From positions 2,117 through 66,116 of the forward strand of contig CALXZH010000031.1 of the NCBI GenBank assembly GCA_944393175.1: a DNA stretch of 64,000 nucleotides. The letters are read 5' to 3'. The notes under the pieces were generated by a model, which did not search any database, was not told the DNA's origin, and worked only from the letters and a program-made list of their open reading frames with translations. Shown here piece after piece: positions 59,171 to 64,000 of the stretch. Numbering within the stretch: the stretch's first letter is position 1; the number at the start of each line of letters is the position of its first letter. A program made the position numbers and the translations under genes. The stretch is from an uncultured Alphaproteobacteria bacterium. GTDB lineage: Bacteria > Pseudomonadota > Alphaproteobacteria > RF32 > CAG-239.

Positions 59171-59989
59171 TTATCGATTTAGAGCTTTGCGTTTACGCAT
59201 CATTTGCAGAGAAACATCGGTTTGAGGCGACTGTTTGATGCTTAAATTTGTTTCGGACATGTCAGATTGTGGTGAATCTTGTTTTTTATCGGTTTTGTTT
59301 TTTGCGGAAGATACTTTTTTAGGACTCGATTCTTTTTGGTTGGGGGCGGCTTGTTTGGGATTATTATTTTTTTCATCGCCGTTTGCTTCCGGTATGTGAG
59401 CCGTTAATTTATGCCATTCTTCCGGGGTGTGATTGCTGCTTAAAAATTCTTTTTTCAGTGATTGCCAAAAAGCTGAGGATTTGGGCAAATCGCCAAAAGG
59501 AGCAATACCGCTCATAATGCATTCTTTGGCAAAAATTCCGCTTATGCGTTCATCTTTTTTACCATTAGGGGCTTGGATGCGTAATTTTGTTGATCCGCTG
59601 GCTTTAAATTTTTGTACGATTGTCTTAAAAACTTCTTCGGGAGAGGCAGGAGGCAGAGTGTTTCCAAGATTATCCTTTGCCAGGGCATTGCCATTCTTAT
59701 CAAAATTGACGGCAAAACTGGTCAGCTCTTTTTTATTTGAATTTTGCTCATTTTGCTTAGATTCTTTTTGGATGGTGTAAGTATTTGCTTTGGATTTTTG
59801 TTTGTCTTTTTGTGGGGGCATAAATTCAAATTTTGTAATATCACCCGTTTGGTGGTAGTAGTCTAATGCTTGGCGGATATATTCTTGTTTGAGCTCAAGA
59901 GGGTGTTTTTCTTTGCGAAACTGGAGATTTATTTTTCTTAGGATATGTTTGGTTTCTGGTGATGGGGCGTCAATTTTAGGCATAAGCAT
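59171..59989 (-). CDS. Hypothetical protein with LPD7-like segment and basic C-terminal tail
   Basis: VFKTIVQKFKASG.TKLRI..FAKECIMSGIAPFGDLP; ends LQMMRKRKALNR; SD AGGAG. Confidence 0.7.
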   Translation of the reverse strand: MLMPKIDAPSPETKHILRKINLQFRKEKHPLELKQEYIRQALDYYHQTGDITKFEFMPPQKDKQKSKANTYTIQKESKQNEQNSNKKELTSFAVNFDKNGNALAKDNLGNTLPPASPEEVFKTIVQKFKASGSTKLRIQAPNGKKDERISGIFAKECIMSGIAPFGDLPKSSAFWQSLKKEFLSSNHTPEEWHKLTAHIPEANGDEKNNNPKQAAPNQKESSPKKVSSAKNKTDKKQDSPQSDMSETNLSIKQSPQTDVSLQMMRKRKALNR

Positions 59990-60203
59990 TCTCCTGATAC
60001 AAGATTTTAAGTAATTTTAGCAAAAAAAAAGGTTGTTGTAAAGTCTCGTTTGTCTAAATTTTGTCTTGATATGTGCTCTTTTTTGTGTTACTAAATCTGA
60101 TTAGCAATTAATTATGATGGGTATTATTAAAAATTTTTTTGAAGTTTTACTTTGAGATGTTTTCTTGTACCTATCTTTTGTTTTACTTCTAATTCATTTT
60201 TTT

Positions 60204-61232
60204 ATGAAAAATCAAACAGTAAGACCTCTGAGAAATGCAGAGGTGCAAGAAATTCTTGCTATTCAGAAATGGGGAACTTACAGCCAGGAGTACCCACTGT
60301 ATTGTGTCAGTTCATTAAATGGCTCTCACGTGTTGGTGCATTCGTTCTCTTTGGACAATGTGCCTCAGCTTGATTTATTAGTCGTATTTGGCGGCTATCC
60401 CAGATTGGTCAAACACTTGGGCGAGGTTTGGATGAAACATGATAAACTTTATCCGGACACGGAAGTGGAAATTGCCATGCTTGGGTATAAGCCAAACAAA
60501 GGACAGGATACGCCTGGGTCAGAAGCGCAGATTTATGCCTCTCTTTTGGAACAACTCGGCTTTGATTCCAAACGCGTACGCAAAAATCTGATTAAGACTT
60601 TTGCTACAGATACGGTTGGTAATGTGGCTGAATTGCGGCAGATTATTGCTAATTCGCCCGAACTTTCCAAATTGGATTGTCCGCGAATCGGTATGGTAAC
60701 ACATGCCGGGTATTCATTGACAGCAGCTCAACAGTTTGGTTTCTTGATGCCCGAGGCGGAATTTTATTTTTATGAAACACCGCTGACGCTGTTATGTGAC
60801 CGATTCTTTGATGTTGAGGCTATTATCAATGGCTATGCCGTGGATGTGATTACCGGCTGTGCATTGCGTTCTATGATGAATTGGAATTATGAGCGATTGG
60901 CGTTGCCCCAGGCTAAGGTAGAGGCGTTTCCTAAAATGAACTCTTTGCCTAATCCGGAAGGATTATTGCAAACGGTAAAAAAGTATTTCCTGAAAGGTTA
61001 TACATTTTATATGCCCTATAAGGAGATGTGGAAAATGCTTAATATTCCCGAAGAACAAGCCAAAGAATTGGTTAATAACCGAAAAGTCGAAATTACCGGT
61101 TTTGATATTGATGGAAAAAAAGTAGGCGAGGGTTGGAAATCCAGTTCGGTTCCTGAATTGCAAAGGCAGCTTAATAATATGGTAGAGTCTATTCTTGATG
61201 AATGGATGAAAACCGGAAAGTTGCCGGTCTAA
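60204..61232 (+). CDS. Divergent DUF218/YdcF-like protein
   Basis: LLVVFGG..SEAQIY..LG..TDTVGN..MVTH..YS..A pattern. Confidence 0.55.
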   Translation: MKNQTVRPLRNAEVQEILAIQKWGTYSQEYPLYCVSSLNGSHVLVHSFSLDNVPQLDLLVVFGGYPRLVKHLGEVWMKHDKLYPDTEVEIAMLGYKPNKGQDTPGSEAQIYASLLEQLGFDSKRVRKNLIKTFATDTVGNVAELRQIIANSPELSKLDCPRIGMVTHAGYSLTAAQQFGFLMPEAEFYFYETPLTLLCDRFFDVEAIINGYAVDVITGCALRSMMNWNYERLALPQAKVEAFPKMNSLPNPEGLLQTVKKYFLKGYTFYMPYKEMWKMLNIPEEQAKELVNNRKVEITGFDIDGKKVGEGWKSSSVPELQRQLNNMVESILDEWMKTGKLPV

Positions 61233-61271
61233 AAAAATCTCATTGTTTAACTTTAATAAAAAATCTAAAAA

Positions 61272-61715
61272 ATGGAAACAATTTATCAATTTTTGCACGA
61301 ATGGGCAGTGGTGTTATTGCTTCTTTGTGTTATCGTGTTGGCAATTTTTGGTATTCGTCAGGTGAGAAGCAGAAAGTCTGAACTCAAAGATGAGGAATTC
61401 CCTGCTAGTGACGAACCAGAGGATGAAGCTTCTGAAGGACAAACGGAAGAAGTTTTGACTGAAGAAGTTATCAAGGTTCAAGAACGTCCTTTACTTCCTC
61501 AACGGCGCTTGTATATCAAGGAGGCTTTGCCGTCGCAGACTGATACTGTGTTGCAGGAATTTCCGGATTTGTTACCCGAGAGCGAAGAACAATTGGAAAT
61601 TTTCCGCAAAGAGTGGAAAACTCTTGGCGGAAAAGCTCAAATGACATCTACGGAAAGAGTCAGGTATGCCGCAATCGGGCATATTTTGACAGTCTTTGAA
61701 CCGAGAAAATCCTAA
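61272..61715 (+). CDS. Membrane-anchored acidic hypothetical protein
   Basis: Single N-terminal TM followed by an acidic linker. Confidence 0.7.
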   Translation: METIYQFLHEWAVVLLLLCVIVLAIFGIRQVRSRKSELKDEEFPASDEPEDEASEGQTEEVLTEEVIKVQERPLLPQRRLYIKEALPSQTDTVLQEFPDLLPESEEQLEIFRKEWKTLGGKAQMTSTERVRYAAIGHILTVFEPRKS

Positions 61716-61778
61716 AATTGTTTCACTGTCGGACTCCCTAGCTTATAAAGGTTGGGGAGTTCTGTTTCTTTATTTTTT

Positions 61779-62324
61779 ATGAAAAAAATTTGTAAGGCCA
61801 GTCAGCAAAAACCTCTTAAAAATGTTTTGCCCGAAGTTTGGGAACAGCATTTTGGAAACAGAATGTGCACCGTCGATGTTTACCAAGATTGTTTGGGGCG
61901 ATTTTTTTATCGTGAAGTGATTGACTTGAAGAATATTGGTGAAGTCTTTGTTCCTTTGGTAAAATTTGATGAAACATTCGGTAAAATTTATTTTCAACCA
62001 GTGCAATTCTACACCAAAGAGGACAATGTTTTAGAACACATTAATTTTGCCGAAACGGCTTATTCTTTTGATGAAATTCAAAAATTGGCTCCGGTAGATG
62101 ATGTGATTTATCGTGTTTTGCTTCCGTCTTCCGGTGGTTTGGTTGATGTATTTACTCCTAACCATAATGGTGTCTGGTGTAATGTTCACAAGTGGCTCAA
62201 TTTGAATCCCAATCAAAAGGTGGATACTTTTCCGATTGTCGGCGGAAAGGCTTTGAAAACAAAGCTCAAACACGGCGTTCGCTTGGGAAAACTATGCCTT
62301 TGTAAAGGATGTATTTATTATTAA
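61779..62324 (+). CDS. Hypothetical protein
   Basis: 181-aa ORF ending at a terminator (62330-62366). Confidence 0.65.
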   Translation: MKKICKASQQKPLKNVLPEVWEQHFGNRMCTVDVYQDCLGRFFYREVIDLKNIGEVFVPLVKFDETFGKIYFQPVQFYTKEDNVLEHINFAETAYSFDEIQKLAPVDDVIYRVLLPSSGGLVDVFTPNHNGVWCNVHKWLNLNPNQKVDTFPIVGGKALKTKLKHGVRLGKLCLCKGCIYY

Positions 62325-62329
62325 AATTA

Positions 62330-62405
62330 AAAGCAGGTTGTCTCCTTGGAGACAGCCTGCTTTTTTGTGCAAAAAAATACCCCGAATTGCTTCGGGGTAT
62401 TTTTC
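62330..62405. terminator. Two back-to-back intrinsic terminators for convergent genes
   Basis: GCAGGTTGTCTCC..GGAGACAGCCTGC-T6 and AAAATACCCCGAA..TTCGGGGTATTTT. Confidence 0.75.
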
Positions 62406-62419
62406 ATTTGCGGGAAGGA

Positions 62420-64000
62420 CTATTCAGCACCTTCTTTAATTGCAAATTCAGCCATGTGTTCGTACAAAGACCGTTTTTCTTTAACGTTCTCCTGAGCCTT
62501 ATTCAACAAGGTTTCATAACGTTCAGGATTCATCTTGTTAACGATTTGGAAGCGGGTCTCGTTGGACATATAGTCAGACAAAGGTTTGCTCGGAGCTTTG
62601 GAATCCAAAGTCAGAGGAGCTTTGCCTTGAGCAATGTTGTCCGGATTGTAACGATACAAAGGCCAAGAACCGGTTTCAACGGCGTCTTTTTGGTGTTGTA
62701 AACCATCTGCCAAGTTGAAGCCTTGTGCAATACAGTGAGAGTAGCAGATAACCAAAGACGGTCCGTTATAAGCCTCAGCTTCGTTCAAGGCTTTGATAAC
62801 TTGCGTATCGTTGGCACCAAAGGCAACTTGAGCAACGTAGACATTACCATAAGACATGGCAATCATACCCAAATCTTTCTTCGGTAAGGACTTGCCGGCA
62901 GTTGCAAACTTAGCACTTGCACCCATCGGGGTAGCCTTGGATTGTTGACCACCGGTGTTAGAATATACACCTGTATCCATTACCAAGATGTTGATGTTTT
63001 TGCCAGAGGCAATCGCATGGTCAAGACCACCGAAACCAATATCATAAGCCCAGCCGTCACCACCTAAAATCCATACAGATTTCTTAATCAGGTAGTCGGC
63101 CAATTTGTCGAGGTGCTTAGCTTCTTCAGTGTTGATAGAGGCTAATTTTTCTCTCAAGGCTTTAACAAGGTCACGTTGAGCATCAATCTCAACATCGGTT
63201 GATTGCGGGTTGCTCAAGATTTTTTCAACCAAATCAGCACCGACTTTGTCTTTCAAACCTTCAAGCAAAGATTTTGCAAAGCCTGTTTGTTGGTCAATAG
63301 AAAATCTCATACCCAAACCAAATTCGGCGTTGTCTTCAAACAAAGAGTTTGCCCAAGCCGGACCATGGCCTTTTTCGTCTTTGGCATAAGGTGTGGTCGG
63401 TAAGTTACCGGAGTAAATTGAAGAGCATCCGGTTGCATTGGCAACAACCATTCTGTCACCAAACAATTGGGTCAACAATTTAACATACGGGGTTTCACCG
63501 CAGCCGGCGCAAGCACCAGAGAATTCAAACAAAGGTTGAATTAACTGTGTGGTCTTCGGCAAGTTTTTGGTAACTTCGGTACGTTTTACATAAGGCAGAG
63601 TTTCAAAGAACTTCCAGCAAGCAACTTGCTCTTCCAAGTGGTTTTCAATATGATCCATATTGATGGCTTTCTTAGAAGGATCAGCTTTGTTCTTAGCCGG
63701 GCAAGCACTGACGCAGATACCGCAGCCGGTGCAGTCTTCCGGAGACATTTGCCAAATGAATTGTTTTCCGGCGAATTCTTTGCCTTTGTAAGCAGCTGAC
63801 TTGAAGCCTTTCGGAGCATTCTTGAGCTCTTCTTCAGAGGCAACTTTCATACGAATTACGCCGTGCGGGCAAACGAGTGAGCATTTACCGCATTGAATAC
63901 ATGTATCAGGGTCCCAAACCGGAATTTCGGTTGCAATGCAACGTTTTTCAAATTTGGTGGTTCCGGTCGGCCAGGTACCGTCAACAACTTCGCCAAAGGC
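62420..64000 (-). CDS. nifJ: Pyruvate:ferredoxin/flavodoxin oxidoreductase (5' part outside the window)
   Basis: CIQCGKCSLVCPH and DCTGCGICV..CP ferredoxin motifs, EFSGACAGCGETPY, GGDGWAYDIG TPP motif; frame open to the window edge. Confidence 0.96.
   Translation of the reverse strand, partial: AFGEVVDGTWPTGTTKFEKRCIATEIPVWDPDTCIQCGKCSLVCPHGVIRMKVASEEELKNAPKGFKSAAYKGKEFAGKQFIWQMSPEDCTGCGICVSACPAKNKADPSKKAINMDHIENHLEEQVACWKFFETLPYVKRTEVTKNLPKTTQLIQPLFEFSGACAGCGETPYVKLLTQLFGDRMVVANATGCSSIYSGNLPTTPYAKDEKGHGPAWANSLFEDNAEFGLGMRFSIDQQTGFAKSLLEGLKDKVGADLVEKILSNPQSTDVEIDAQRDLVKALREKLASINTEEAKHLDKLADYLIKKSVWILGGDGWAYDIGFGGLDHAIASGKNINILVMDTGVYSNTGGQQSKATPMGASAKFATAGKSLPKKDLGMIAMSYGNVYVAQVAFGANDTQVIKALNEAEAYNGPSLVICYSHCIAQGFNLADGLQHQKDAVETGSWPLYRYNPDNIAQGKAPLTLDSKAPSKPLSDYMSNETRFQIVNKMNPERYETLLNKAQENVKEKRSLYEHMAEFAIKEGAE

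Noticed and set aside
57755-62405. Integron cassette array of orphan genes
   Set aside because: Mixed orientation; hairpins look like ordinary terminators without attC R-box ends; no intI

Overview
Chromosomal window of a low-GC Alphaproteobacterium with anaerobic traits (cckA, mipZ, hdaA, rpoH, an alpha-type GTTC-N7-GTTC LexA box, NifJ-type PFOR, rubredoxin). By inference it resembles uncultured gut RF32-like lineages. It holds about 58 CDS, 3 tRNAs (fMet, Pro, His) and no CRISPR, integrase, transposase or prophage that I can see. The main candidate system is a host-embedded secretion/toxin network. A stand-alone VirD4 coupling ATPase (no virB or relaxase in the window) lies in a gene run with two paralogous membrane proteins (one with a degenerate NERD-like domain), an apparently catalytically dead HNH protein and a YrhA/SMI1-KNR4 immunity gene. 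About 14 kb away is a 1039-aa protein with an intact-looking HNH of the same family, split by about 12 helical repeats and translationally coupled to a second SMI1 gene and to tsaC/sua5. Several orphan proteins (HopA1-like, LPD7-like) have basic C-terminal tails reminiscent of T4SS signals. Other notable items are a naturally 'pre-cleaved' UmuD' under a LexA box, tRNA-linked repeats with the same split-T-arm architecture at two tRNAs, flagellar export-gate genes detached from rod genes, and several pseudo-enzymes. All family calls come from motif recognition by eye; no database search was run.
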